Shown one piece after another: positions 1 to 9,583 of a stretch of 64,000 bases of DNA. Under the pieces are notes generated by a model. The model did not search any database. It had not been told where the DNA came from and saw only the letters and a list, made by a program, of their open reading frames with translations. Made by a program: the position numbers and the translations under genes. The DNA comes from an uncultured Verrucomicrobiae bacterium (GTDB lineage Bacteria; Verrucomicrobiota; Verrucomicrobiia; Chthoniobacterales; Chthoniobacteraceae), in assembly GCA_963828525.1 (NCBI GenBank), contig CAWHEP010000010.1, forward strand, positions 64,001-128,000. The letters run 5' to 3'. Position 1 is the first letter of the stretch. Every line of letters starts with the position of its first letter.

Positions 1-445
1 CGTGCTTGCGCCCTGCCGAATCCGTCCGGCCTGATAGTTCTTCCACTCAGCCCGGAACATGCCGTAGAAATCCACCCCTTTGTGCTGGTAAAATCGCGCG
101 TCTTCAGCGCCTACCACCGCGCGAACCATCGTCCCGGGGATGTCGGAAAAAGGGATCGTGTCCCTATTTTCAAGAAAGATCCTTCCGAGCGTAACTCCAT
201 TGCGATCCAGGATGACGCTCGATGACTCCATCTCCTCCAACTTTTTCAGATCGAACTGGGCGGCTTCCGCTTCGAAATCGCCCTTCACTTTCAGAAGAAA
301 GATCGCCAGCGCGCCTGCAATGACAAACGCGGTCACGGCGAGCGACACAAACCATGTTCGTCGATAGAACGGCTTGCGCGGACGATAATCGGTACTGCCA
401 CATAGGTCGGCGGCGTCAGCTCCGGATGGATGGTGCCTTCTCCAT
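1..445 (-). CDS. Class A penicillin-binding protein (PBP1A-like), 5' part, runs off the window edge
   Basis: Not in the ORF track. Manual translation of the minus strand gives an N-terminal TM helix (WFVSLAVTAFVIAGALAIFLL) then transglycosylase motifs AEDARFYQHKGVD and RQGAST. The ATG at 445 is out of frame with the body, probably an indel, so the start is uncertain. Confidence 0.88.
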
Positions 446-452
446 GGAGCAG

Positions 453-1004
453 CTAGTTCGGAGTAGCCGCAGGCGCCGACGCCGCGTCGTCGCCCTTTTT
501 CTTCACGATAATGGCATACTTCTCGTAGACGAACTGGGAGCCCGTGAGATCCCCCAGGTAACGAGTTGCTTCCGTGAACGGCGCGTTCGCAAGGCTGAGC
601 GTCACCTTCTGGGAATTCATGAAGTCAGCGGGAAGCTGCACAACAAAATTCACACGCGTCGCGCCACCTGTTTGCTTCTCAAGACTCTGCTTCAAGTATT
701 CCAAGGCAGCCCCGAATGTGGCGTCCTTCAGCTCAACCTTCGGGATCCTCACAGCGCTCAGGGTCTTCTCCACATCGGCGCCCCCGCTTGGCAGTGCCGT
801 TGATCGGATCATCCGCAGGTAGCTCGCCGCCACCTTATTGGCTGGATCGATCTGCAACACCAGCTCGAAATCCTGCTTTGCTGTGACTTTGTCACCTCGG
901 GAATAGGCGCGTTGCGCTTCCGTCAACAGCGTGGCTGTCTCGTCCGCAAGGCACCCGCTACAGAACAGCAACCCCGCCGCTATGACATAAGAAGAACGCT
1001 TCAT
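453..1004 (-). CDS. Exported hypothetical protein with a TPR-like helix pair and an STN/secretin-N-like domain
   Basis: Signal-like N-terminus MKRSSYVIAAGLLFCSGCLA; TPR-like AQRAYSRGDKVTAKQDFELVLQIDPANKVA; IPKVELKDATFGAALEYL...VTLSLANAPF resembles secretin N-domains. Confidence 0.6.
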   Translation of the reverse strand: MKRSSYVIAAGLLFCSGCLADETATLLTEAQRAYSRGDKVTAKQDFELVLQIDPANKVAASYLRMIRSTALPSGGADVEKTLSAVRIPKVELKDATFGAALEYLKQSLEKQTGGATRVNFVVQLPADFMNSQKVTLSLANAPFTEATRYLGDLTGSQFVYEKYAIIVKKKGDDAASAPAATPN

Positions 1005-1087
1005 CTCCACACGATAGCGGGGCGTGAAAATAAAATCCACTGCCGAGAGGCGTGAGCGGGGACCTGGAATCCCACCGCTACGATCCG

Positions 1088-1384
1088 TCACAGCGAGGCG
1101 AACTGAGGCTCTTCGACCTCTTCCTCGATCTCGTCTTCGTCCGTAAGCAGCGGCGCGAATCGTTCCGCGTTGAACCCATACTCAATCCCATGCCGATTCG
1201 CCGGGTTCACCAGCTCCACGAGGTACAGAGCGACCTCTCCCTCTGTGTTCTGAAGGCTGACGCCGGGCACCAGGTCCCTCACTGTGTAAACCACATCGCG
1301 CTTCGGCAGCGCCGCGTACAGCTTTTCGATACCCAGCGGGAACTGATCATCCACGCACGCAACTTTTTGACCCTGACTGAACAT
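1088..1384 (-). CDS. Hypothetical protein (98 aa, acidic tail)
   Basis: Clean ORF with ATG start and protein-like composition; no family recognised. Confidence 0.65.
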   Translation of the reverse strand: MFSQGQKVACVDDQFPLGIEKLYAALPKRDVVYTVRDLVPGVSLQNTEGEVALYLVELVNPANRHGIEYGFNAERFAPLLTDEDEIEEEVEEPQFASL

Positions 1385-1569
1385 AGAGGGGGACTATACT
1401 TCTGACGCGCGTGGGAATCAACCTGCCCCGTTGCGTCCTACCAAAACCATGCGACGCGTGATCGCTACTTCGTTGCAACTCCTGTCGCGAGACGACAAGA
1501 TCGAAGGGCCATAAAGACGCCCGGTCACATCGGCCGCATAGCCATTTGTAGAAGAATCCCGATCCATCA

Positions 1570-2574
1570 ATGAAACCCCTCCTGACTCTCCTCGCGCTGG
1601 CTGCCGCCTCGCTCGCCGCCCATGCCGCTCCGTTGACCTATCAAGGAACGTCCGGAGCGCTGGCGGGAAAACACATCGTCTTTATCGCAAGCGAACCCGA
1701 ATACAAATCGGAAGAATCCATGCCCGAACTGGCGCGCATTCTCGCCAAACATTATGGCGCCAAATGCGCGGTGCTTTTCGGTCTCGATGCAAACACCGGC
1801 GAGATCAAGCCAGGCAACTCGAACGTTCCTGGCACGGACGTCCTCGCAACCGCTGACCTCATGGTCATGTTCATGCGATTCCAGACTCTGCCTGCCGAGC
1901 AGATGCGGCCCATCCTCGATTATCTGAAGCGCGGCGGTCCAGTGATCGGTCTGCGCACGGCGACCCATTCGTTCCAGTACCCGGCGGAGAGTCCCTTCGC
2001 AAAGTATGATTTCGGTTTCAAAGGCGCCGATTTCAAAGGCGGTTTCGGCCGGCAGATTCTCGGCGAAACATGGGTTGGACATTACGCGCCGAATCACAAA
2101 TCCAGCACGCGGCTTGAGGTCGCCCCTGGCGAAGCAACGCATCCCGTGCTGACCGGTGTAAAAGATATGTGGGTCGAAATTGGGGCGTACAACGCCAGTC
2201 CAATTGAAGGCAGCAAAATCCTCGCGTTCGCTCAGCCACTTTTGGGCATGACGCCGGACTCCCCCGTCGATGAAGCCAAGAAACCCATGCCGGGCGTTTG
2301 GGTGCGCGCGTACAAGAGCGAGTCCGGAAAAGAAGGCCGCGTGTTCACCACAGTTTACGGAGCAAGCGGCGACTTCATGAACGAGGGCTTCCGTCGGATG
2401 CTGGTGAACGCCTGCTTCTGGACGCTGGGCGCCGAGAGCGCGATTAGCGCGGACAACGACATCAGCCTCGTCGGAGCGTATCGCCCCTCATGGATGGGCA
2501 AGGTCAAGCGCGCCCGGGCAATGAAGCCGGAGAACCTGGCAGGGTGGGACTCCCCGCTGTGGCCCGAGAGATAG
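1570..2574 (+). CDS. Secreted ThuA-like (class I glutamine amidotransferase-like) protein
   Basis: Signal peptide; HIVFIASEPEYKSEESMP, GPVIGLRTATHSF, GETWVGHY and GRVFTT motifs typical of ThuA-domain proteins. Confidence 0.75.
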   Translation: MKPLLTLLALAAASLAAHAAPLTYQGTSGALAGKHIVFIASEPEYKSEESMPELARILAKHYGAKCAVLFGLDANTGEIKPGNSNVPGTDVLATADLMVMFMRFQTLPAEQMRPILDYLKRGGPVIGLRTATHSFQYPAESPFAKYDFGFKGADFKGGFGRQILGETWVGHYAPNHKSSTRLEVAPGEATHPVLTGVKDMWVEIGAYNASPIEGSKILAFAQPLLGMTPDSPVDEAKKPMPGVWVRAYKSESGKEGRVFTTVYGASGDFMNEGFRRMLVNACFWTLGAESAISADNDISLVGAYRPSWMGKVKRARAMKPENLAGWDSPLWPER

Positions 2575-2603
2575 GGAAGCTTCGCCGTGCTGCGCGCCGC
2601 GTT

Positions 2604-3062
2604 TTACAGTCGGGGAGTTCCTCCGGATCGGGTTTTCCAACCCAGCCACACGTGAAGAGCAATTAGAATGGGGAAGCTCAACCCGAGCAGGCCGTGTAAC
2701 CGACTAAGCAAGGCGCGGAGTTCTTCACCCCCTGCGTAGTAGAGCCCGTAGCCCGTTAGGATCAAAATGAGGTTAATGCCCAGAAAAAGAGCCCCGCTCG
2801 GGCGGTTCTTCTTCAATAGCCACGCGTGTTTTACGTGCTGCGGCAACACGCTTCCTATCACTATCAAACTGGCCATCGCAGCCGCGCCGTGAATTGAAAG
2901 CCACAGTGGCTCCGTGGGATGCGGAAAAGCCTCTGATTCGCCAGAGCGCGCCAGGACATAGTGCGCAATCTCCCACGCCACACCGGATGCAAATAGAATA
3001 GCAAAACTCAAATACAGCCACGCCTGATGCCATCGACCGAGTTCGAGTCCTCGTCGTCTCAT
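2604..3062 (-). CDS. Four-TM membrane protein, possibly cytochrome-b-like
   Basis: Four hydrophobic segments with His in SIHG, QHVKH, RLHG and ALHV; start overlaps the apbE stop (ATGA). Confidence 0.7.
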   Translation of the reverse strand: MRRRGLELGRWHQAWLYLSFAILFASGVAWEIAHYVLARSGESEAFPHPTEPLWLSIHGAAAMASLIVIGSVLPQHVKHAWLLKKNRPSGALFLGINLILILTGYGLYYAGGEELRALLSRLHGLLGLSFPILIALHVWLGWKTRSGGTPRL

Positions 3063-3946
3063 TGCCAGCCTGAACTATAAAGAGTCTGCCCTTCCCTCGT
3101 GAACAAACACGCTTCCGCCCCGCGTGTCGTGAGGAGCGAGAAAGCAGGCTCTCCGCAAACCATAACAATCTTGGTGAATGCATCGGCGCGCAGGCAGGTC
3201 TCTGCTCGCACGGAAACGGATGCCTGTTGAAAACAAGTTTGCCGATTATTCGGGTTAACGATCGGACTAACCTTATGGCCACGCCATCGCTTTTGCGCAA
3301 AGTAGTGCGCCGAAGTAGCGAGAGCGCCGTCGCGGAGTGTTATTTGTTCGAAAGGCTTGTTAACGAGCCTGGGATGGCGAATCGCGACGGGATAATCGTG
3401 GGATCCGAAAGCGCGGAGGTCGCCGCCAGCATTGACCAGCGCGCTATCTACATCGACGCACTGTTTCAATTCGCCAATCGCCTTATCGACTGCGAAACCT
3501 TTGGCGATGCCACCCAGGTCGATCATCACGCCTTCTTCGGAAAAACGGACGCGACCTTTATCGAGCAGTTCAATCTTCCGGTAGTTCGCAACACCGGGGG
3601 GGCGAGACCGATGGCTGCGCGGGAGGAAGCCCCATTTCACCAGCGTAGGAGCAATCGTCACATCGAAGCAGCCCGCGGACATCTCCGCAAAATGTTGGGC
3701 TTGTTGCAGAACCTCATAAGTCCACTCATCGATACTGACAGCTCGCCCAGCTTTTGCGCCATTAAGGCGTCCCACGTCGCTGTTAGGATCATGAAAGCTC
3801 ATGAGACAATGCGCGCGCTTAATGAGGCGAAACGCGCGGTCAATCGCGCGATGAAGGGCGGCATAATCCTCGCCGCGCGCCCGCACTTCGACGAAAGTGC
3901 CCAGCAACGGACGCGCTCGGCGCGCTTCATTTAATGCAGACTTCAT
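3059..3946 (-). CDS. apbE: FAD:protein FMN transferase (ApbE family)
   Basis: LLGT, FDVTIAP, IDLGGIAKGFAVD, VNAGGDL, ATS and ADAFT motifs. Confidence 0.9.
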   Translation of the reverse strand: MKSALNEARRARPLLGTFVEVRARGEDYAALHRAIDRAFRLIKRAHCLMSFHDPNSDVGRLNGAKAGRAVSIDEWTYEVLQQAQHFAEMSAGCFDVTIAPTLVKWGFLPRSHRSRPPGVANYRKIELLDKGRVRFSEEGVMIDLGGIAKGFAVDKAIGELKQCVDVDSALVNAGGDLRAFGSHDYPVAIRHPRLVNKPFEQITLRDGALATSAHYFAQKRWRGHKVSPIVNPNNRQTCFQQASVSVRAETCLRADAFTKIVMVCGEPAFSLLTTRGAEACLFTREGQTLYSSGWQ

Positions 3947-4466
3947 ATGTCGATAGAACCCGCTTTACGCCCTCGGTCACATGGCGGCTGGACAACGTCG
4001 CGCCGCTGATGTTGTTGATGTCTTCATTGAGTTTCAGACTCGACCGCGACGTCTTGCCAAGGAACTGTTTACGCCAGCTTGCGTTACGAATTTCGCCGCC
4101 GTAACTCTCGCGATACTCCAGTATTTCGACGTCCCGAACCGCGCCGTCCGCCGACAGAGCGACGGCATAGTCGATGACGAGGTGTTTTCCGATGACGTAA
4201 TCTATAATAAAGTAACCCTGCAGTTTCCCGCCTTGTATCGCCTTCCACACTTGCTGGCCTCGTAGCTGCACTTTTTGTCCGGAAAGCGCTTCGATACCTT
4301 TCACTTGTTCAGGAGTGAACCTGATATGTGAGGGCACAAACTGATCGCAGTTCGCGAAACAGAGTCGTTGCGCCTCTGGGACCGAGAGATATTGGACCCC
4401 GTAGGCGGGCGCGGCAGCCAGGAGCGCGACAGGAGCGGGCATAGCCCATCTGAGCCAGTCATTCAT
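3927..4466 (-). CDS. Exported FMN-binding protein (flavinylation substrate)
   Basis: Signal peptide; ILEYRESYGGEI and the flavinylation motif ISGATLSS; directly upstream of apbE. Confidence 0.88.
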   Translation of the reverse strand: MNDWLRWAMPAPVALLAAAPAYGVQYLSVPEAQRLCFANCDQFVPSHIRFTPEQVKGIEALSGQKVQLRGQQVWKAIQGGKLQGYFIIDYVIGKHLVIDYAVALSADGAVRDVEILEYRESYGGEIRNASWRKQFLGKTSRSSLKLNEDINNISGATLSSRHVTEGVKRVLSTYEVCIK

Positions 4467-4484
4467 CGATACGTTCTATGCGAC

Positions 4485-5990
4485 TTAGAAGAAAAAGCCA
4501 ACCGCGCCCAGAAGGTGATCGGACTTCGGTGAACCCGGCGCGTTATCGAGCGCAGACTGATAGTCGAGCTTCAGCACAAGCTGCGGTGTGGGAAAGACGG
4601 CCAGGCCGAATGTGTGAAACTGGCGCTGCCCTTGTCCGGTAGGCGTGTTCGCGTCGCGTCCCGCAAAGCCGCCAGTTTGCAGGTCTTCGCAGGTGTAGCG
4701 GTAGAACGGCACGATCTCCCAGCCGTTCTTCACTTTTTCCTGCAAATCCCAGTGGTAGGCGGCTTCAAGCGAGAAGCCCCACATGCCATTACCAACGTTG
4801 TCCCCCGGATCGCTGTCGTTGTTCGCTCGCAAATTGCCAGGGCTGCCGAAAAAGACATCTACAAATTCTCCGCGAAATTCGAACCCTCCTTTGGGCACAC
4901 GGTAACGCAGCTCGGTATCAACCATCGTCACGCTGCTGTGCCCGAGTAAGGCTCCATTGTCCGCATGCGCGCCGCGCGGAGTGACGTTGGATGTGTAGAA
5001 AAAGCTCGTGCTGCCCGCCAATCCAGGAGTGAACGGAGGAGTATAACTCAACCGGAACGCATAGCCGAGCGCGTTTTTTGTCTGATTGAAATCGCCGACC
5101 GGCGTCCGCCCCAGCGCGAGCGCTTCCCTCCCCGAAATGCCAGGATCGTAAGCGCCACCATTCGCGCCGCCATTCTGGCCGATATCCTCCAGGCCAGTGT
5201 TGATCTGGAACTGGTAATTGAGGTTGTCCACGACTTTCCCGTAAATACTTGTGCTTCCTTCATACCAAGTCGTGGGAATGAGGCCATTGTCCAACTCGGG
5301 CCGCTGGACGCTGTAGAACTGCGTCGGCTCGTGGAAAAGGTTGATGAAACCGAATGGAACCACATCGACGCCCGGCGCCCGCCAGTTGAAATGTTCATTG
5401 AATCTGAAATCGATATAGGCCTGTTCAATCTCCGCGCTGCCCGTCAGCTTGTCGTCGTTATCCACCGCGATACCACCATGCTCGAATTCAATCTCGGCGT
5501 TGAAGATGATGTTGTCGGTGATTTGAAATGTCGGTAACAACACGACCCTCGCCGCGTCGAAACCATCTTTCCACCCCGCTGCGGTCTGCTGTCCGCCAAA
5601 TTTCATTTCACCGTAAGCGCCAATGCTGAGGATGGCATTGCTGCGGTAGCCAAGACCAAAAAGAGCGGGGCGAGTCTCACGCGGCGGCGTCTCAGTTGCG
5701 GCGGCGGAAGGCGCGTTGTTTCCCGTGATATCCTCAGTCAAGATGCTGCGATCCAGCAGCGAGTTTGGAGATGGTGAAGAACCTTCGTACTTTGACAGGC
5801 GGGTCTCCAGGGTTTGCACTTTGGCCTGCAGTTCTTCCATTTTTTTAAGGATCATTGCGTTGTCAGGCTGGGCGGCCGGAGTCGGCGACGACGCGGCAAA
5901 CATCCCAACGCCATGGAAAAATAATAGACTGGATGCCGTGAGGGCGAAGCGGATGAAGGCGGGGCGCGAGCGATTGAGCTTGATGTTCAT
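4485..5990 (-). CDS. Outer-membrane beta-barrel porin with N-terminal coiled coil
   Basis: Signal peptide, coiled coil (LKKMEELQAKVQTLETRL), FNAEIEFEHGG...IEQAYIDF, alternating beta strands, C-terminal Phe (VGFFF). Confidence 0.8.
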   Translation of the reverse strand: MNIKLNRSRPAFIRFALTASSLLFFHGVGMFAASSPTPAAQPDNAMILKKMEELQAKVQTLETRLSKYEGSSPSPNSLLDRSILTEDITGNNAPSAAATETPPRETRPALFGLGYRSNAILSIGAYGEMKFGGQQTAAGWKDGFDAARVVLLPTFQITDNIIFNAEIEFEHGGIAVDNDDKLTGSAEIEQAYIDFRFNEHFNWRAPGVDVVPFGFINLFHEPTQFYSVQRPELDNGLIPTTWYEGSTSIYGKVVDNLNYQFQINTGLEDIGQNGGANGGAYDPGISGREALALGRTPVGDFNQTKNALGYAFRLSYTPPFTPGLAGSTSFFYTSNVTPRGAHADNGALLGHSSVTMVDTELRYRVPKGGFEFRGEFVDVFFGSPGNLRANNDSDPGDNVGNGMWGFSLEAAYHWDLQEKVKNGWEIVPFYRYTCEDLQTGGFAGRDANTPTGQGQRQFHTFGLAVFPTPQLVLKLDYQSALDNAPGSPKSDHLLGAVGFFF

Positions 5991-6053
5991 GCCCAAGGAT
6001 TATCGCAAGGCCCAGCGCGCCGCTGCCGCTGGATTGCCATTCTTTAGCGGTCT

Positions 6054-6072
6054 ATTGCGACTCAGTCTCATT
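6054..6072. promoter_or_regulatory. Fur-box-like 9-1-9 inverted repeat
   Basis: ATTGCGACT-C-AGTCTCATT (2 mismatches between arms) in the gap between the porin gene and the divergent AraC gene. Confidence 0.6.
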
Positions 6073-6115
6073 TAGGCTTGGCAGCCGCGCGCCCACCCCT
6101 TTAGCTTCGCCACCT

Positions 6116-7087
6116 GTGCTCATCTCAGCGCCTCGCAAAATTCCGCCACTTTCGTTCGAAGCAGCCACCTGGCGCGGCATTGATGGCCAGTGGACTCAGC
6201 TATTCGGGGATTTCGCCCGCAAAGGCGTAAGTATCGAGTGGCACGATTTTGATTCTGACCACGCGCTCCCGTGGTCACCCTCGTTTCACCCTGACAGCCT
6301 TGAAATCTGCCTCAATGAACTGGGCAGCGGTGAAATGGCTCAAAGCGCGAAAACGGCGAGGATCGAACCGCAGAACCTCGGTTATTATTTCGCCGACGGC
6401 GCGCGCGCGCAAAGACTCGGGCAGCAACGGCATCGCTTTGTCACTTTTGAGTTTTCACGGCACTATCTTGCCACTCATCTTGGCGAAGCTGCCGAGGCGA
6501 CGCGCCCTGATATCAAAGCGTTCATTCAAGGGAAGCCATTTTCGCGACTCGGATCGGTTCAGCCGCTCAGTCTGCGCTTGCGCGATCTCAGCATGATGCT
6601 TCGCGATGCCCCCGTTGCCCGCGCCGCCGCGCCGATCTGGTTCCAAAGCAAAGTGCTCGACGTGCTTGCTGAAATTGCGTTTGAAAGGCCAGTTGAGCCG
6701 GAATTGTTTTGTACCCGCCAGAAACGTCTCGCCCGCGAACGAGTGACAAAGGCTAAAGAGATCATCCAGCAGGATCTTGAAAATCCGCCATCGCTCGAAC
6801 AGTTGGGGCGGCAGGTTGGGTGCAGCCCATTTTATTTGAGCCGGCTTTTTTCGCAGGAAGCGGGAATGACAATTCCGCGATACCTGCGTGAGATTCGAAT
6901 CGAGCGCGCTGCCGAGATGCTCCATGCCGGCACTCACAACGTGACGGAAGCCGCTTTTGAGGTTGGCTACTCAAGCTTAAGTCACTTCAGCAAGGCTTTC
7001 TGCGAAACCAAGGGATGCTGCCCAGGGCTATTCCCGTCCGCTAAAGTATTGGTCGAAAGATCGCATGGCAACGGGAAGCCGGTGTAG
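6116..7087 (+). CDS. AraC-family transcriptional regulator (PchR-like)
   Basis: C-terminal double HTH PPSLEQLGRQVGCSPFYLSRLF...NVTEAAFEVGYSSLSHFSKAF; GTG start. Confidence 0.9.
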   Translation: MLISAPRKIPPLSFEAATWRGIDGQWTQLFGDFARKGVSIEWHDFDSDHALPWSPSFHPDSLEICLNELGSGEMAQSAKTARIEPQNLGYYFADGARAQRLGQQRHRFVTFEFSRHYLATHLGEAAEATRPDIKAFIQGKPFSRLGSVQPLSLRLRDLSMMLRDAPVARAAAPIWFQSKVLDVLAEIAFERPVEPELFCTRQKRLARERVTKAKEIIQQDLENPPSLEQLGRQVGCSPFYLSRLFSQEAGMTIPRYLREIRIERAAEMLHAGTHNVTEAAFEVGYSSLSHFSKAFCETKGCCPGLFPSAKVLVERSHGNGKPV

Positions 7088-7306
7088 GCCGTCGGTAACA
7101 ACCTAGCAGTCGCAAAGTAAAACGTGCGCGAAAGACTTCTTCCTGCGCTGGAATACATGCGATGGTTTTGACATACCTCCAGCCACTTCCGCCTACCCTT
7201 CCCCGCGGCATTGAAGCTCCTGCTGCTCCAACGGGCGCGGGTCTTACAGGCCATCTCGGAAGATTGTCGCAGAGAATGTAAGCCGCGCATTCGCAGGGTT
7301 GGGGGA

Positions 7307-7708
7307 TCAGGCCGATTCGTCGAGCAGCTCGACGAGTTGGCGCGGCGAAAGAATGGGGATGCCGGCATGCACTTTCAACGTGAGCAGATCGTTGTCGCCT
7401 GTGACGATGGCTTCCGCTTTCGTGGCCACGGCCACGGCGAGCACTTCGTCATCGTCGCGGTCACGGCACACACTTTTGGCGAGCGGGGCAGGAAGGATGA
7501 CCGTGGCCCGGTCGCGATAGGCTTTGATGAAAGGATTGTCGTCGGGATCGACGCCAAATTTGTGACGCAGCTTTTCGTCCAGCTCTGCCAGCAACACGTC
7601 CGAGGTGAAAAACTCATGCCGGGGCAGACGCCGTTTCACGATGTCTCGGCACAGGCCATCGGCCACCAGTCCGGCAATCAGGACGTTCGTGTCACAAACG
7701 ATCCTCAA
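7307..7708 (-). CDS. PIN-domain toxin of a type II TA pair
   Basis: RIVCDTNVLIAG, CRDRDDDEVLAVA and IVTGDNDLL acidic motifs; start overlaps the antitoxin stop. Confidence 0.9.
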   Translation of the reverse strand: MRIVCDTNVLIAGLVADGLCRDIVKRRLPRHEFFTSDVLLAELDEKLRHKFGVDPDDNPFIKAYRDRATVILPAPLAKSVCRDRDDDEVLAVAVATKAEAIVTGDNDLLTLKVHAGIPILSPRQLVELLDESA

Positions 7709-7935
7709 GAGATGATCTTGAACACGTCTTCGTCCGTATAAACGCCCAAGGCACGGGCTTTTGGCACCAGCATCCGCCGACTGGACTCGAAAGCCTCATC
7801 CCAAAGTTGCTGTTGCACGGCGCGGCGTACAAATTCGCTTTCACTCAGGCCGAGGTTTTTCGCCGCACGGGTGACCTTGAGTCGTAGCGGCGGCGGCAAG
7901 CTGATTGTAAGCGTGGTTCTCATGGTGTAAGACAT
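7705..7935 (-). CDS. Ribbon-helix-helix (CopG-like) antitoxin
   Basis: TTLTISLP...AAKNLGLSESEFVRRAV, directly upstream of the PIN gene; alternative start at 7923. Confidence 0.85.
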   Translation of the reverse strand: MSYTMRTTLTISLPPPLRLKVTRAAKNLGLSESEFVRRAVQQQLWDEAFESSRRMLVPKARALGVYTDEDVFKIIS

Positions 7936-8289
7936 CGTAACACACTTGGCGGATATAGAAAGCGCTTTTCAGAACGGCGCATCACAAGGGCTGGCGCCGA
8001 ATTCCAGTTCGCAGTCGCAGCACATCCAATACGGTTTGTCGGAAGGGCCAAGGCTGACAGTCAACGGTTCTCATTCGTCAGGAATAGCAAGAGACGGGCG
8101 AAGGCATTCGCTCGAAAAACTCGCCGCGTTATAGAATCTATACCATTACGTCAATAGCTCCCCATGCTAAATCGCACCTCAGAATGCGCTTTTTGTGAGC
8201 AACTATTAGGCAATGGTCATTGCCCATATTGCCTTTTCTGCCGATCGCCACTAAACTCTTTGCCCATCTAAACTTAGATTAGATCAAAA

Positions 8290-8363
8290 TCGGGCCGGCG
8301 AGATTCGAACTCGCGACCTCTTGAACCCCATTCAAGCGCACTACCAAGCTGTGCTACGGCCCG
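8290..8363 (-). tRNA. tRNA-Pro (anticodon GGG), CCA not encoded
   Basis: Minus strand CGGGCCG-TAGCACAGCTTGGTAGTGCG-CTTGA-ATGGGGT-TCAAG-AGGTC-GCGAG-TTCGAAT-CTCGC-CGGCCCG-A folds into a cloverleaf with a canonical T loop. Confidence 0.96.
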
Positions 8364-8401
8364 AAAAAAACAACACCCAAGTCCGGCAGGGGCGAGGGTT
8401 G

Positions 8402-8429
8402 ACCTTACCGGGCTTGCACAGCAGGTCAA
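8402..8429 (-). promoter_or_regulatory. Putative sigma-70 promoter of the tRNA gene
   Basis: TTGACC-16 bp-TAAGGT on the minus strand, about 40 bp upstream of the tRNA. Confidence 0.45.
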
Positions 8430-8534
8430 GCGGAGACCGCAAAATCGCTCCGCCGAGGAGGAACGAGCCGGAGCATGCCCATCATAGCCTGCCCGAGTCG
8501 TTGCTTTGCAGTCGAGCCCACTGATTCCTAAGCC

Positions 8535-9583
8535 TCAGAGCCGCCGGTTAAGTAGAGACAGGCTCCCGCTAGCCACCGTCCTTTCTCCCGCCGCGCGTTC
8601 CCGCGCTTCCCGCTCTTCGCCAAAGAGTTGGCGAATGACCTCCTCCACTGGCAGCTCCTTCACGTCGATGTCCGTGACTTTGAAGCTGGAGAGGATTTCC
8701 CGGCAAGCCTCTGTAACCTTGCCGCGCGGCACCTTCAATGTCACGGCTCGTGATGTCTGCTCCACAACCTCCCCGCATCTCGCAAAATCGCGCTCCGCCT
8801 CATCCTCGAACTCGAATGCCAACACCTTATGCGTCGCAAATCGATCGATGATGGAATCAAGCGGACCATCGAAGAATATCTTTCCGCGATCTATGATGAT
8901 GACACGGGGACATAGCTCCTCGATGTCCTGCATGTAGTGGCTGGTCAACATCGTCACGATGCGATGTTCGGAGTTATAGACGCGCAGGAATTCGCGCACT
9001 TTTTTCTGGCTGGTCACGTCCAGACCGATCGTCGGCTCATCCAGAAAGAGAACCCGGGGGCTGTGAATCAATGCCGCGATCAACTCCATCTTCATCCTCT
9101 CGCCGAGGCTCAATTCGCGGACCATCACGTTCAGCTTGTCTTTCACGTCGAGCAGTTCGCACAGTCCGCCAACGATCTCCTTGAACTGTTTGGGCTCGAT
9201 TTCGTAGATCGCGCGGTTCAATTCGAGGGACTCCCGCGCGGGGAGGTCCCACCAGAGCGCGTTTTTTTGCCCCATCAGCAGGCTGAATTGCCGCTTCATT
9301 TCATCCCGCCGTTCCCATGGCACAAAGCCCAGAACACGAGCCTTTCCGGCCGATGGGATTCAACAGTCCAGACAGCATCTTCAAGACGGTCGTCTTGCCC
9401 GCGCCGTTCGGTCCGAGAAATCCCACAAACTCGCCTTCTTCGACGGAGAATGAAACGTTGTCCGCCGCGCGCGTTTCATCGTAGTGCCGCCGCCCGAGAC
9501 CCTTCACCGCGCCCCAAAGCCCGGCTCCTTCTTGTAGGTGCTGATAGACCTTAGTGAGACCCTGGACTTCAATCGAAGCTCAT
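8535..9583 (-). CDS. ABC transporter ATP-binding protein (several frameshifts in the 5' third)
   Basis: Walker [10 protein letters not shown] (ORF 9301-9507); signature LSLGERMK, Walker B LFLDEPT and H-loop TSH (ORF 8535-9323); ATG at 9583 overlaps the bioA stop. Confidence 0.85.

Noticed and set aside
7946..8134. 62-aa ORF or a Cys-rich minus-strand remnant near the tRNA
   Set aside because: No RBS or recognisable family, and the Cys-rich frame has no usable start.
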